Positions 1 through 14,297 of a stretch of 64,000 nucleotides of DNA are shown in pieces. The stretch spans positions 20,398,001-20,462,000 of the forward strand of contig OZ024761.1 in the NCBI GenBank assembly GCA_964016885.1. Reading direction: 5' to 3'. The stretch is from Eledone cirrhosa (lineage: Eukaryota). Made by a program: the position numbers and the translations under genes. Every line of letters begins with the position of its first letter. Position 1 is the first letter of the stretch. The notes under the pieces were generated by a model, which was not told where the DNA came from, searched no databases, and was given only the letters and a program-made list of their open reading frames with translations.

Positions 1-129
1 ATAAGTATTTATGTATATATGTATATATGATTTTCTGGTTTTATAATTTTATAAATTTTTACCGATAGAGAGAGAGCTGTTTTGAAACTAGACACAAAAC
101 TGTTTTATTGGAGTTTAAACAATATCAAC

Positions 130-567
130 TAGGTAGATATGTATGTATGTCTGCATGTGTATGTGTGTGTGCAGGTATGGATGTTAATGTATGTGTGGAT
201 GTGTATGTTTTGAGTTATATGTGTGCATGTGCATATGCTTTACATCTGTATATATATATGTACATGCAGTTATTAGATGCAGAATTTTTGGTATGTATGT
301 ATGTGTATATATGTATGTATGTATGTGTATATATGTATGTATGTATATATATGTATGTATATGTGTATGTATGTATATATATGTATGTATATGTGTATGT
401 ATGTATATATATGTATGTATATGTGTATGTATGTATATATATGTATGTATATGTGTATGTATGCATATATATATACGTATGTATGTATATATGTAGGTAT
501 GTATATGTATGTATGTATATATGTAGGTATGTATATATACATATGTATATATGTAAGTATATATATG
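130..567. repeat. (TATG)n/(TA)n compound microsatellite
   Basis: Read directly; source of the spurious Y/I/C/M/V-rich ORFs. Confidence 0.95.
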
Positions 568-884
568 TATTGACTTGTTCTTCTTTTTGGTAAATATCAT
601 CTTGGTTAAGAGAGTGGGACTGGCTTTGTGCAGTGCCTTTGCTCACTATAAAAGCTTCACGGCACAGGCATTGCTTTATATCTGGAGATCTCTCTGCACT
701 TGTCATCACATGGTACCATGGGCCCAGCACTATGTGTCAGTAATTATCACAAGTGTAGTGTTTGTACCAGAGTTTTCAAGTCGCTGGCTGGACTAAAAAG
801 TCACACTCGTTCAGCACATCGGTAGGGGTTCTCCTACATGGATATAAAGTAGTGGCCGTTCTCGAAAACGAGTTGGCAGCCACC
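568..884 (+). mobile_element. 3' end of an RTE (BovB-like) LINE with C2H2 finger remnant; further copies 16912-17066 (+) and 55597-56010 (-)
   Basis: One frame reads [23 protein letters not shown], a C2H2 finger typical of the C-terminus of some RTE LINEs. The shared end GAGTTGGCAGCCACCA runs into (TATG)n in all three copies. Confidence 0.6.
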
Positions 885-989
885 ATATATATGTATGTAT
901 ATATGTATGCTGTTCTAATGATTCTGCCAACTGATCACCAAATGAAATATTAAGATGTGATATCAGTTACATATATATGATATACTTAC

Positions 990-1484
990 AGACAATGAGC
1001 TGCTGTCAATACATGTGTAGCATCAATCAAAGTACCTCCACACATACTGATCATGTCATCGGTTGGTTGGTTATAAACTTGGAGATGGACAATGGAAGGA
1101 TATTCACAGGTTTGAGCTGGGGCTCCTTCTACAATATGAGTATCAGGTTCTGAAAGAAATTGTATAGTGAATAGTTACTTCCATAATTATAAGCTTTCTG
1201 ATGAAGTGTGATAAATAATTAAGTATTACATATGATTGAACAATATGTATTGTAGTCAGCATATGTAGACTATTATAATAGACACAGAAACATATGTTAA
1301 ACCAAATAAATTGCTGATCTCATTTCTCGTTGACATTTATATTTTTCTTGTGGAAGTGACTTTCCACAACGCAGTAGAATTCAGCATTTATTCCTGATAT
1401 CATCATCATCATCATCACCATCATTTTATGTCCGCTTTTCCCTGCTTGCAAGAGTGGGACATATACAAAAACCTTATCTACCCT

Positions 1485-1583
<99 letters not shown>

Positions 1584-2636
1584 GGAAAAAATGAAATTGT
1601 AATTTCATTTCTCACTCTCAGTACGGCTGATACTTAAATATAAGTATGTATACGTACGTACATATATGTATTTACAAACAAACCGAACATTATAATAAAT
1701 GTTCGGTAAACCCATACGTACATATATATATGTGTACATGTATGTATATATATACATACGACTGTACGTCTGTATACATATATGTATGTACGTATACATA
1801 CTTATATTTAAGTATCAGCCGTACTAAGAGTGAGAAATGAAATTTCAATTTCATTTTTTCCATTTATCGTTTTCTGTGCACCCGGCCGACTAACTCACTC
1901 GATATGCAAATTAGGCTACTCAGCCGTTAATATGCATAAGGAAAGTATATACTTTCAAACGTTCAATCGACTGACAGGACGGTATACAGTGCTGATGACA
2001 GATAAGAAGCTAGAAACTAGTTCATCGTTCCTTTGTCAGTGTTGAACAAAAGGGCAACGATGGTTGCCGAACACTGTACGGCTTAATTCGGGCTGCTTGT
2101 TTACAAACAAACCGAACATTATAATAAATGTTCGGTAAACTCATACATTCATATATATATGTGTACATGTATGTATGTATATACATACTACTGTATATAT
2201 GTATGTATACATACATATATTTATATAAATGAGGTCGTGTAGGTGTCACGAAAAAAAAACACACAGTCCAAGGTGTAATGTGGCCGTGTAGGTAACACAG
2301 TAAAAACCTCCCAGTCCACACTGTAAACGTGGTTGGTGTTAGGAAGGGCATCCAGCCGTAGAAAACCCTCCAGACAGTCCTATACGAGCAAGACAACCAA
2401 TCTTGCCTCAAGTGGGAAAATTCCCGTCCAACCCATGCAAGCGTGGAAGATGGACGTTAAACGATGATGATGATGATGATATATATATATATATGCATAT
2501 ATATATATATGCATATATATATATATATATGCATATATATACACATCAGAAGGGAATTATTGACTTTGAACAATGTAAGACCTCACTTACCAGCAAAAGC
2601 TGAAGCAATCGTAAGAAGACAACACAGGTACAACAT
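990..2636 (-). CDS. Secreted S1A serine protease paralogue X, 5' part only (exon 1 2591-2636, exon 2 990-1149; exons 3-6 lie left of the window)
   Basis: Exon 1 encodes signal peptide [15 protein letters not shown], then G|GTAAGT. Exon 2 (160 nt, ttcag|...|gtaagt) encodes [54 protein letters not shown] with the catalytic His motif TAAHC. Exon 2 size and phases match the other paralogues. Confidence 0.9.
1582..2215. repeat. Fold-back repeat (arms about 1582-1660 and 1783-1863) plus direct duplication (about 1668-1790 = 2098-2215) around a degenerate hammerhead motif at 1989-2025
   Basis: ATGGAAAAAATGAAATTG...ACTTAAATATAAGTATG is the reverse complement of 1783-1863; CTGATGA...GAAACTAGTT at 1992-2022. 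Confidence 0.75.
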
Positions 2637-2684
2637 GGTGTAAGTAGATGTGAATCTGTTGGTAAAGGTTTCAAGATTTATCCT

Positions 2685-2734
2685 TTTTATAGTAAAGCGA
2701 CATTAGTGAAAACCCTTTAGCAGATGAACAGCTG
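2685..2734 (-). promoter_or_regulatory. TATA box (2685-2691) and E-boxes (2721-2726, CAGCTG 2729-2734) of paralogue X
   Basis: TATAAAA on the minus strand about 50 bp upstream of the ATG; CAGCTG about 40 bp further upstream, a position conserved in all paralogue promoters. Confidence 0.7.
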
Positions 2735-3636
2735 AAATTAAACATCAATATTCTAATAAAGATCCATAGAATAACAGACAATATTCCATTGAAAACTACT
2801 GTATGTTATCCATATAAGTTATAAAAATCAATATATTTTAACATTTTATATCAAACGTGTCTTTATAACTTCTATTAAATACAAAATGCAGTCTTTTGAG
2901 TCTCCACATATTTTATATTAATAAAACGTTTGTGTGCAGTTTTTCTAAGAGTTCTACATTAAATCCAATTGTTTATTGTATTTATTGTAGATGGGAAAAT
3001 ATTCACATGTTCGTTAGTGTTGCAATAATGTCTCTTCTCTTCACTGTATATATTTTTTATCTTTCTTCATTTATAGGTTGATAAAAGATGTACCAGTGTA
3101 ATACTGGGAGTCGATTCTTCTCTTTTCTTCTCTATCCCTCCCTCTTCTCCTATCAAAGAAATCATCTGTGTCCAAACTTGATGATGGGATGGGTTTCTCC
3201 GGGTTTTAAATACCCAGGACACTTTGTTACTACAACATCTATATATCTCCATCAGGAGTTACAGGTTCATATATATATATTAATAATATTGCAACTCTCT
3301 TACATACATATCTGCACTCTACTGAGATCCTCAGATAAGCCTGAAGTCTGCACCTCACTTATGTACGATCCAGTACACTCGATCAAAAGTATTTTGTAGT
3401 GACACTAGGGTGGTTGACATATCTTTCACAGAAGTCTCTTTATATTCAGTATTTTTCTACACAATGTTTTTCACCATTTAATCTATATTCTCCATAGTCT
3501 ACACCAGATTAAATATCTAAGAAAATAGCACAGCTCCCATGACTTTCAGAAACATGTTTTCATGCTCAGAGTTGCTGAAGCATGCCATGACTGAATTTTA
3601 ACCATCTACTTAGTCAGGGTATGTCATGCATCATCT

Positions 3637-3703
3637 TATTTTATCTGATGAGGACGTACTGTTGAAGATGGCTCAGCACCTCTGAAATATGTATAATAAA
3701 ATA
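3637..3703 (+). ncRNA. Type I hammerhead ribozyme motif (inverted copy 10281-10347)
   Basis: TATTTTAT-CTGATGA-stem II-GAAA-TATGTA-TA-ATAAAATA. Confidence 0.6.
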
Positions 3704-3839
3704 TACTTGATCACACGAATGTCTATTTTTGTTAATATTTTGAATTAATATTAATAACTCCGGAAAACCAATACTGTTGAGTGCTTCTATTGTAAAACTC
3801 ATTCTTTGATTTATTCATTGAACCTTGTTTAACCTTTAA

Positions 3840-4098
<259 letters not shown>

Positions 4099-4147
4099 TA
4101 TATATATATATGTATGTATATATATAAAATATATATATATATATATG

Positions 4148-4232
<85 letters not shown>

Positions 4233-4268
4233 AAAAAAAAAATATATATATATATATATATATGTATG

Positions 4269-4299
<31 letters not shown>

Positions 4300-4310
4300 A
4301 TATATATATG

Positions 4311-4353
<43 letters not shown>

Positions 4354-4364
4354 ATATATATATG

Positions 4365-4416
<52 letters not shown>

Positions 4417-4841
4417 GACACCGTGACGAGTGGAGAGATGCTGTGCTGAATAAGACCCATCCCACCCTTGCAAGCAGGGAAAAGCGGACGTAAAATAAAA
4501 AAAAAATGATGATGATATATATTTATTAAAATAACAGATTAAAGTTTAAGCAAAGAATCGCTGCTTTCACCCTTAACGGGATCTTCTGAAACTAACAAAG
4601 TCAATCTGTAAACGCAGAACTGGATATTTCAAAAAAACGTTGCAACCGGAGGAAGACAGGAAGACGATACTTTGGTTCGTGGTAACGTTCGCTGGCAAAG
4701 AACGGGAAAAAACGAATAATACGTCATTAATGGGAGCGGTGAAAAACAATTACGTGCAAGGACAGAACCACGTTTATGGTATAAAAGAGGTCGTCGAGCC
4801 CTCTCTGGATTTTAGTCTTCAATTTTATTATTATTACTATA

Positions 4842-4872
<31 letters not shown>

Positions 4873-4879
4873 AAAAAAA

Positions 4880-4915
<36 letters not shown>

Positions 4916-4916
4916 G

Positions 4917-4966
<50 letters not shown>

Positions 4967-5116
4967 ATATATATATATATGTATGTATATATATATATAT
5001 AAAATGTATATATATATAAAATGTATATATATATATATATATATAAAATGTATATATATATATATATATATAAAATATATATATATATATATATATAAAA
5101 TATATATATATGTATG

Positions 5117-5152
<36 letters not shown>

Positions 5153-5226
5153 AAATGTATATATATATATATGTATATATATATATTTATATATATATAA
5201 AATGTATATATATATATATGTATATA

Positions 5227-5336
<110 letters not shown>

Positions 5337-5338
5337 AA

Positions 5339-5389
<51 letters not shown>

Positions 5390-5429
5390 AAATGTATATA
5401 TATATATGTATTTATATATATATAAAATG

Positions 5430-5541
<112 letters not shown>

Positions 5542-5550
5542 TATATATAT

Positions 5551-7480
5551 ATTGTTATACTTTGGGAGGGTCATGTTGCCAATAAGAAACACACGCACCA
5601 GTTGCTTTCACTTCAATTTATTATAATAAATTTATAAATTTATAAATTTCTGGTTGGTTGGTTGGTTCCACAACCAGATAGTTGTTTATATATTGTCATA
5701 GTTCTTTCGTCACACACTCTGTGACCTCTTCAGTAACTGGGGATTCTTTTCTTTGTTTTTGTGCCTCTCCTTTGTTCTGTCCTACGCCATTTTGTTTCTG
5801 TGTGTGTGTTGTGTGCTCAGTCTGTGCATGCGCCACATCCGGGTGTCTGTGTGTGTTTATGTTTATTTATTTGTTTATTTATTTACATGTTACTGGTTGG
5901 TTGTTTGTTCTATGTGTGTGCGTGTTTTCATTTTGTCCTTAATTGTAAGTTGTGATGTTGCTGTTCCACTCATATTTTCTATTTAATTTTGGTTGTAATT
6001 CTTTTATGTTTATTGCCTCTGTGATTTGTCTAAACATTGCGTCTTTTCTGTGTGTAGATTCTATTTTTATTTCTATGTTCTCTAATTTACCCTTGTGTTC
6101 TATTTTAGCATGTTGGTAGAGTACAGATGATTCTTTACTATCTTGAAGGTCTCGCCAGAGTTCATTTATCCGTTCCCCTACACTACGAGCTGTCTCACCT
6201 ATGTACACTATATTTTTGTCTCTACATTGTCCTTCAGTACATCTTATGCTATACACTACATTTCTAGTTTTACAGTTAATATGGCGGCTTATTTTACAGG
6301 TTATACATTTCTTATCTATACATGAGGGTCTTTGAAAAGGGTATGTTTTGCTAATAAGTGTTTTTACGCAGGTACCTGGTCTTTCTACTATCTTAATGTT
6401 GAGTTTATGTTTATCTAAGGCCCTTCTAAATTTGTAAGCTAATTCACCTCTAGGGGTTGTATCGATGAAATTACACTCTGGTATTTATTGCTATCATACC
6501 ATGAGTTTATTCTATTAGCCTTGTTCCTAGTTCTTTCTATTCTATTCCAAAATTTGCTCCTATACAAGGGGCAGGTCCCATTTATGTCATTATTTACCAT
6601 TTTTTGCCATTTGGTTCTGGCTTCTCTATACACTCTGATTTTATCTCTCTGATTGTAGCCAGAGAACTGCATACGGTGGATGAAGTGTTGTATGTGTCTC
6701 TCTAGTTCTTCGGGGTTGCACATGCGGGACACGTTTCTCATCACCCGTACCAAATCCGCAATCAGTATGTTGATTTTGGTATGGTCCGAAACGGCCGAGT
6801 TTCGGTGGATCAGATGTTTGGAAGTCATGGGTTTGGCATAATGGGAATGGAGGATTTGTTTTTTGTTATTAATGGTATCTAACCAGAGCTCTGTGTCTAG
6901 TACAGGTAATCGATGGTTGGGGTGTTTACTTGGGTAGTCTATAGTAACTCTAATGCTCTGGTGGATGGAGTTAGCTATTTGCTGGATGCTTTCCATTGTG
7001 TTTTTCTCTAGTTCCTGACTGTTCTCTAGTGGGGGTGTCTTAACTACAATGTTTATATCATCAACGTAGCGGGAGTACATTATCAGGGTTAAGGGGGTCT
7101 TCTAATTGTTGTTTAAGTTTAAGTCTACTGTCCCACCATACCATGAATAAGTTAGCTATGTCACCTGCAATGCTAACACCAATGGCTGCTCCTTCCTCTT
7201 GGGCATATGTTTTTCCATTAAATTTGAACATATGTTCCTTAAGGGTTAGTTTTATGCTGGCCCCTACCGCATGTGCAATCATTTTCTTCAGTTCATCGTG
7301 GTTTTCGGGTGTCTGTATGGCTCTGGTCCACCCGTTCCATCTATCTGTGTGGGTTTTCTTGGCCATTGAGGTAATGGTAGGTGGTCTGCCTCTTGCTGGT
7401 CTTGTAGGGCACAGGTTGCTAAGGTCATATGTGTCTGGGTAATTATTACTATAGGTAAGTTTAAGTAGGAGTCCCACCAT
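5551..7480 (-). mobile_element. Penelope-like retroelement (RT + C-terminal GIY-YIG), 5'-truncated and frameshifted; shorter copies 27389-28397 and 44936-45741
   Basis: QEEGAAIGVSIAGDIANLFM, YSRYVDDIN, LPVLDTEL, and GIY-YIG motif YSIRC...YIGETARSVGERINE. The 3' region carries a hammerhead motif and abuts (TA)n. Confidence 0.9.
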
Positions 7481-7482
7481 AA

Positions 7483-9016
7483 TTACATTTGAAGATCAGT
7501 TATGGACCCGCAAGGATACGCATAACAACTTCGACATAACCATGGGATCTAGTGACTCGGCGCAGGTCACCGATTTGGTGGGCCTATACCTACTTAATGA
7601 AATCCATAAGAACCTACCCTACCTCAATGGTGGTTTATACCGCGATCATGCGCTTCTTCTTATAGACTATAAAAAATTTAATATAGAAAAAACTAGGAAA
7701 CAGTTACACAAAATCTTCAAAAACTTCAACTTAAGTATCACCTTAGATAAAAACACTAAAGACCTCAACTTCCTTGATGTTACCCTTAGCCTAGACTCTA
7801 GAATACCCTATCATAAACCTAACAAAAAACTAATTTATGTGAACACCAACTCTAACCACCCTAAATCCATATTAAACTCTATCACTAAAGGAATATCTAA
7901 TAGAATCTCTAATCTATCATATAATGAAACCATATTTAACAATAATTCACAATACTATAATGAGGCCTTAGCTAAATCAGGACATAAGAATGAGATTGAA
8001 TTCCTACCTATAAAATCACATAGTTAACATTATTTCTCATAATATGGCCATGAGGAAAAATAGTAAAAACACTAGCCACTATAACTCTAGGACGAAGATT
8101 AATACCAAACTTAACTCGCAGCAAAATAAACACCAGAATAATAATATAAACATATACTATAAACAATACTATAAACAAAAATAGGAGAACTAATACATTC
8201 TTCAATCCCCCTTTCAATCTAAACGTCTCTACCAACTTGCCTAAGGCTTTCTTCTCAATCTTAGAAAAAAACTTCCCGACCGGCCACAAGTATCATAACC
8301 TTATTAATAAAAATACAATTAAAATATTGTGCTCCACCACACCTAACATAGCATACCATATAGCTAGTAGTAATAAAAGGAAAATTAATAGCTATTTCCA
8401 ACTAATTAAAACACAACAGGAGGTAAACTTAGTACCTGTAAACAATAGTAGTAATAATAGTAATAATGATAATAGCACTAATGAAATCAATAACAATGCG
8501 AATGATAGACATCATTACCCTAGTGCTACCCCTAGCAACCAGAATTCTTCACAACATAAGAACCAGCAAGCTAACACCCAGAATAAATGTAACTGTAGAA
8601 CTAATAGAACTTGACCCTTAGGTAATAATTGCTTAACCAAAGACATCATCTACTCACGCACTGTCAACGCAAACAACTCTTCTAAAACATATATAGGTTC
8701 TACTTCGAACAACTTCAAGACGAGATACAACTCGCACCTCTACTCTTTCAAAAAACACAATCTAGCCAGCTCCACTTCTTTATCTAGCTACATACACTCT
8801 CTGAAAACTAGGAATAGACCATTTACACTGCAATGGGAAGTAGTAGGTAGGGCCTCATCGTATAAACCACCAAATAAATTGTGTAATCTCTGCCTTCTGG
8901 AGACCCACACTATAATCTTTTCGAAACTAGACCTCCTGAATAGAAAGTCAGAGACATTTTCCTTGTGCCAACACCGGTACTGGCACTCGTTCCATAACTT
9001 TAAACCTAGCTGTTAG
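7483..9016 (+). mobile_element. Penelope-like retroelement, second family (probably Hydra-clade type), degenerate
   Basis: FDITMGSSDSAQVTDLVGLYLL, GLYRDH (YRDD mutated), NFLDVTL, YHKPN...SNHP; C-terminal CNCR...IIY...YIGST...RYNSH...CNLC GIY-YIG ending at TAG 9014-9016. Clade assignment is from memory of motifs. Confidence 0.85.
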
Positions 9017-9329
9017 TATACAACAATGTCAGATTTGAATCCCCCACCACCATTAACACTACACATCTAGGACTTAGCAGCACCCACAACCATAAACCCT
9101 TCGACCAACTCTTTCCGCTACACAACTCCTATTCATCTATAACCTTATGCTCTGCAATAGCAGTTAGAATTAGACATAGAATTATACCTTGTGATATAAC
9201 TACAATAGATTAATTATATCATATACAGTAATACATATTTGGTACTTGGTATATAGAGACATTTAATGTAATATGTGATAATAAACTATATATGCATTTA
9301 TAATTGTATAATTAAATACTTAAATTAAT

Positions 9330-10095
9330 AACATGTATATAAAGGGCCTTATTATAATATGCCGCGTGGTACATAAATATCTCCTCATTTGCGGAGAGCA
9401 TGGAGATCCTATAAGAGATAGATTTAATGACTGCTCTTATGACTGCCGGTGGGTGGTTGGAGAGTGGGTTAATATATGTAAGTATTTCACCTGGTTTATG
9501 ATAAGGGTAATATAAATTGTTATTAAGATCTAGGGTAATGTCCAAGAAATTTACTACCTTATGGTTCGGTTCGATGGTGATAGAGAGACCGTTATTTTAA
9601 AAAAATGTAATTGTTTTTTGAGCAAGTCAATGCCTCGATTAGTGCAATTGTGGACTGCAAATAGGGCGTCGTCCCTATATATTCCACCTTGCAAGGGCTG
9701 GATCTCAGCTCTGATGTTTTGTAAGAGGTAGATTCCAACTAAATCGGTGACTTGTGCAGAGTCGCTTGAGCCCATTGTGATGTCGAAGTTGTCTGTTCTG
9801 TCCTTTCTAGTCCAGAATAAGCCGTTGAACTCAATGATGGTCTGCCTAGCAATAATTATGATGTCAATCTCCTTATTAGTTATGTTAGAGTTAGTGCTAG
9901 CTAGGGTTAATGTTTTGTTAAGCAGTGCTGGGGTTATTGAAACATAGTAACTGTCAATGTCAAATTGGAGAAACCTCATTGAGTCCTTGAAGCTTAGATC
10001 TGAAAACCATCTAATGACTTGACCGGTGTTAAACTACAGCTTGTAGGTGATACCATCTCGCAACCCAGGGATGATCCTATCGAGAATGTTCTTGC
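9330..10095 (-). mobile_element. Penelope-like RT fragment related to the 7483-9016 family
   Basis: LQFDIDSYYVSIT, FDITMGSSDSAQVTDLVGIYLL, GGIYRDDAL, LDITLDL...YHKP...SNHPP. Confidence 0.85.
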
Positions 10096-10133
10096 ATATA
10101 TATTTATATTTAAGAGCTGATTATTCATATGAA

Positions 10134-10178
<45 letters not shown>

Positions 10179-10408
10179 ATATTTGGGGAGGGTCATATTT
10201 GCGTAATATTGCCAGAATTAATAATATATATATATATTAATTCAAAATATTAACAAAATAGATATTCTTGTGATCAAGTATATTTTATTATACATATTTC
10301 AGAGGTACTGAGTTAACTTCAACAGTACATCCTCATCAGATAAAATAAGATGATGCATGACATACCCTGACATAGTAGATGGTTAAGATTCAGTCATTGT
10401 TTAACCTT

Positions 10409-10442
<34 letters not shown>

Positions 10443-10448
<6 letters not shown>

Positions 10449-11187
10449 AATAAGGGCGCTGCGGAGTTGCAAATGGGTTACATATGAAAAAAGTTTGTCC
10501 TTCATCACTGATCTTCCAACCATCATAGGCATTTCATCGCTTTAAAGACCATATACCTCCGGTTGGTGCGAGCAACGGCTAAAAAAAAGTCGTTGGGATA
10601 CGTAAATAAAGGGGACGCGAGGGTAAACAAAAAAAATGGTTAAGCAACAGAAAGTGTGGAAGAAAGAGACAAATCCCAGATTTCTATGAATTTAAATTCG
10701 GTGAAATCGTGAACGAGAGAATAAAGACCATCAAATCTGGTTGAAATGTGAGTGAGGAAGGAATTTCGCACAGGTCTAACGGGAGGAAGAAGGGGTCTGG
10801 TCTGCGAATTCGGTAAACATAAGTTCTGTGAAATCGTAGACGAGAGAGAGAAAAAATTTATACCAGCTTGGCCAGCGTGCGAGAGAAGAGAATTACACAC
10901 AGGTCAAATGGGAAGAAAGAGGAGGAGGAGAGGTAGTGACAGAGAATGAGTGAGTGAAGGGTGAGGAAGAGGCTAACAGAGAGAGAAACTGCTAGAAAGG
11001 GTAAAGATACATAGAACGAAAAAGACAAGTAGCAGCAGAGGAAAAAATATATGTGTAAATATGATAATAAGGGCGCTGCGGAGTTGCAAATGGGTTACAT
11101 ATGAAAAAAGTTTGTCCTTCATCAGTGATCTTCCAACCATCATAGCCATTTCATCGCTTTAAAGACCATATACCTCCGGTTGGTGCA
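10443..11187 (-). mobile_element. Short element bounded by about 125-bp direct repeats (10443-10567, 11058-11187); pseudo-LTR-like, flanked by (TA)n
   Basis: Two near-identical copies of ATATGATAATAAGGGCGCTGCGG...CCTCCGGTTGGTGC; the second carries CTGATGA on the minus strand. Confidence 0.5.
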
Positions 11188-11269
11188 TATATATATATAT
11201 ATAATATATATATATATCTGAAGTGATATAATTCTTTGTTTATCGACAGAAGATATCAACATCACCTAT

Positions 11270-11712
11270 CAGCAAAAGCTGAAGCAATCGTAAGAAGACA
11301 ACACAGGTACAACATGGTGTAAGTAGATGTGAATCTGTTGGTAAAGGTTTCAAGATTTATCCTTTTTATAATAAAACGACATTAGTGAAAACCCTTTAGC
11401 AGATGAACAGCTGAAATTAAACATCAATATTCTAATAAAGATCCATAGAATAACAGACAATATTCCATTGAAAACTACTGCATGTTATCCATATAAGTTA
11501 TAAAAATCAATATATTTTTACATGTAATTCTTACATGTCTAAATAAATTCTATTGAATATACCTTGCAGTCTTTTGAGAGTCTCCACATATTTTACATTA
11601 ATAAAACGTTTGTGTGCAGTTTTTCTAAGAGTTGTACGTTAAATCCAATTGTTTATTGTATTTATTGTAGATGGGAAAATATTCACATGTTGTTCAGTGT
11701 TGCAATAATGTT
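11270..11712 (-). pseudogene. Orphan duplicate of protease promoter + exon 1 (ATG at 11315) with donor mutated GT>AT
   Basis: Near-identical to 2591-3030 ([25 protein letters not shown]), but the junction reads G|ATAGGTGAT instead of G|GTAGGTGAT. No exon 2 of its own follows. Confidence 0.8.
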
Positions 11713-11956
11713 TCCTCTTATCTGACATCATCATCATCATCATCACTGTTTAGCGTCCATTTATCCCATGTCTAACCCATGTCTAACCCATCCTGTCTAA
11801 CCCATGCTTGCATGGGTTAGACAGGTTGTCCATGCCGTTAGGCAAGTCTGGCTATAGTTGGCCGTGTCACACCTTTATTCATATATATATATATATCTAA
11901 TCATCATCATCGTTTAACGTCTATCTTCCACGCTAGCATGGGTTAGACGGGATATA

Positions 11957-12003
<47 letters not shown>

Positions 12004-12184
12004 CATTATGTATTGTCGAACGCCATGCTTTGACTCATAGACTCATAGAGTTACGACCCTTGCCATTCTGAGTTCAAATCCCGGCAACGTTAACTTTGCC
12101 TTTCATCCTTACGGGGTCGATAAAATAAAGTACCAGTAATACACTGGTTAATTGCTGGCCTTGTGCCTAACGTAGAAACAATTA

Positions 12185-12245
12185 TGTATTATATATATTA
12201 TATATAATATTATATATATATTTATATATATATATGTGTGTGTGA

Positions 12246-12294
<49 letters not shown>

Positions 12295-12319
12295 GTATAT
12301 ATATATATGTATATATATG

Positions 12320-12350
<31 letters not shown>

Positions 12351-12379
12351 GTATATATATGTATATATGTATATATATG

Positions 12380-12410
<31 letters not shown>

Positions 12411-12481
12411 GTATATATATATATGTATATATATATGTATATATATATATGTGTGTGTATGTATATATATATATATGTATG

Positions 12482-12516
<35 letters not shown>

Positions 12517-12595
12517 ACATATATAATGTATGTATATATATATATATGTATATATGTATGTATATATATATATGTATGTACATATATATATGTAT

Positions 12596-12643
<48 letters not shown>

Positions 12644-12644
12644 G

Positions 12645-12675
<31 letters not shown>

Positions 12676-12696
12676 ATATATATATATGTATGTATG

Positions 12697-12793
<97 letters not shown>

Positions 12794-13028
12794 GTATGTA
12801 TATATATATGTATGTATGTATATATATATGTATGTATGTATATATATATGTATGTATGTATGTATATATATATATGTATGTATGTATATATATATATGTA
12901 TGTATGTATATATGTATGTATATATATATATGTATGTATATATATATATGTATGTATGTATATATATATATATATGTATATATATGTATGTATATATATA
13001 TATGTATGTATATATATATATATGTATG

Positions 13029-13059
<31 letters not shown>

Positions 13060-13124
13060 GTATGTATATATATATATATGTATGTATATATATATGTATG
13101 TATATATATATATATATATGTATG

Positions 13125-13157
<33 letters not shown>

Positions 13158-13197
13158 GTATGTATATATGTATGTATGTATATATATATATATATAC
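12185..13197. repeat. Long (TA)n/(TATG)n compound microsatellite (similar tracts at 3840-4412, 4840-5550, 14860-15300, 15535-16912)
   Basis: Read directly. Confidence 0.95.
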
Positions 13198-14038
13198 ATT
13201 CCGTCAGGGAAATGGCCATGTTCGATATGCAGAAAAGGAACTGGCATAAATTCTATAAAATGCACACAATGCAGGTCCTGGGTACACAAGAGATGTAGCG
13301 GGATAGCAGGCAAACTAACAGGTAGGGAGAAATATGTATGCAGTACATGTACAGGGAAATTAGACAGTAGAAGTCACACTGATAGACACATTTTTCAAAT
13401 GCGAGAGGGCGCTATAGAAGTGGTGGATAGCTTCCGGTAACTAGGAGATCAGATTAGCGTGGGAGGAGGGTGTTCCGAGGCCATAGTATCTAGAATAAGG
13501 ACGGGTTGGAAGAAGTTTAGGGAGCTGCTTCCTCTGTTGACGAAGAAGGGTTTCTCCCTGCGTACGAAAGGCCGGTTGTATGATGCCTGTGTGAGGAGCG
13601 CGATGCTGCATGGTAGTGAGACATGGGCAGCAACCGCAGAGGATATGCGACGGCTGGAGAGAAATGAGGCAAGCATGCTCCATTGGATGTGCAGTGTAAA
13701 TGTGCGTGAACGACCCAGCATAAATGTGTTGAGAGAGAAACTGTGTCTGAGAGGGATAGAATGTAGTGTACGGGCGAGGAGACTGAGGTGGTATGGACAT
13801 GTGATGCGCATGGAGGATGACCGATGGGTGAAGAAGTGCCAGGAAATGCCAGTTGAAGGAAGACGTGGTAGAGGTAGACCACGAAAAACATGGGCGGAGG
13901 TGGTGAGAACAGACCTCAGATCATTGAAGCTCACGGTGGAAATGACGAGGGACCGTGACGAGTGGAGAGATGCTGTGCGGAATAAGACCCGTCCCACCCT
14001 TGCAAGCAGGGAAAAGCGGACGTAAAATGATGATGATG
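13197..14038 (+). mobile_element. RTE LINE family A, 3' fragment with (GAT)n tail; other fragments 4413-4515 (+), 49500-50095 (-), 58200-58525 (-)
   Basis: [10 protein letters not shown]...WVHKRC...CSTC, in-frame stop at 13438-13440, [38 protein letters not shown]. Confidence 0.92.
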
Positions 14039-14297
14039 TATGTATATATATATATGTATGTATGTATATATATATATGTATGTATGTATATATATATATA
14101 TATGTATGTATGTATATATATATATATATATATGTATGTATATATATATATGTATGTATATATATATATATATGTATGTATATATATATATATATATGTA
14201 TGTATATATATATATATGTATGTATATATATATATATGTATGTATATGTATATATATATGTATGTATATATATATGTATATATATATATATGTATAT

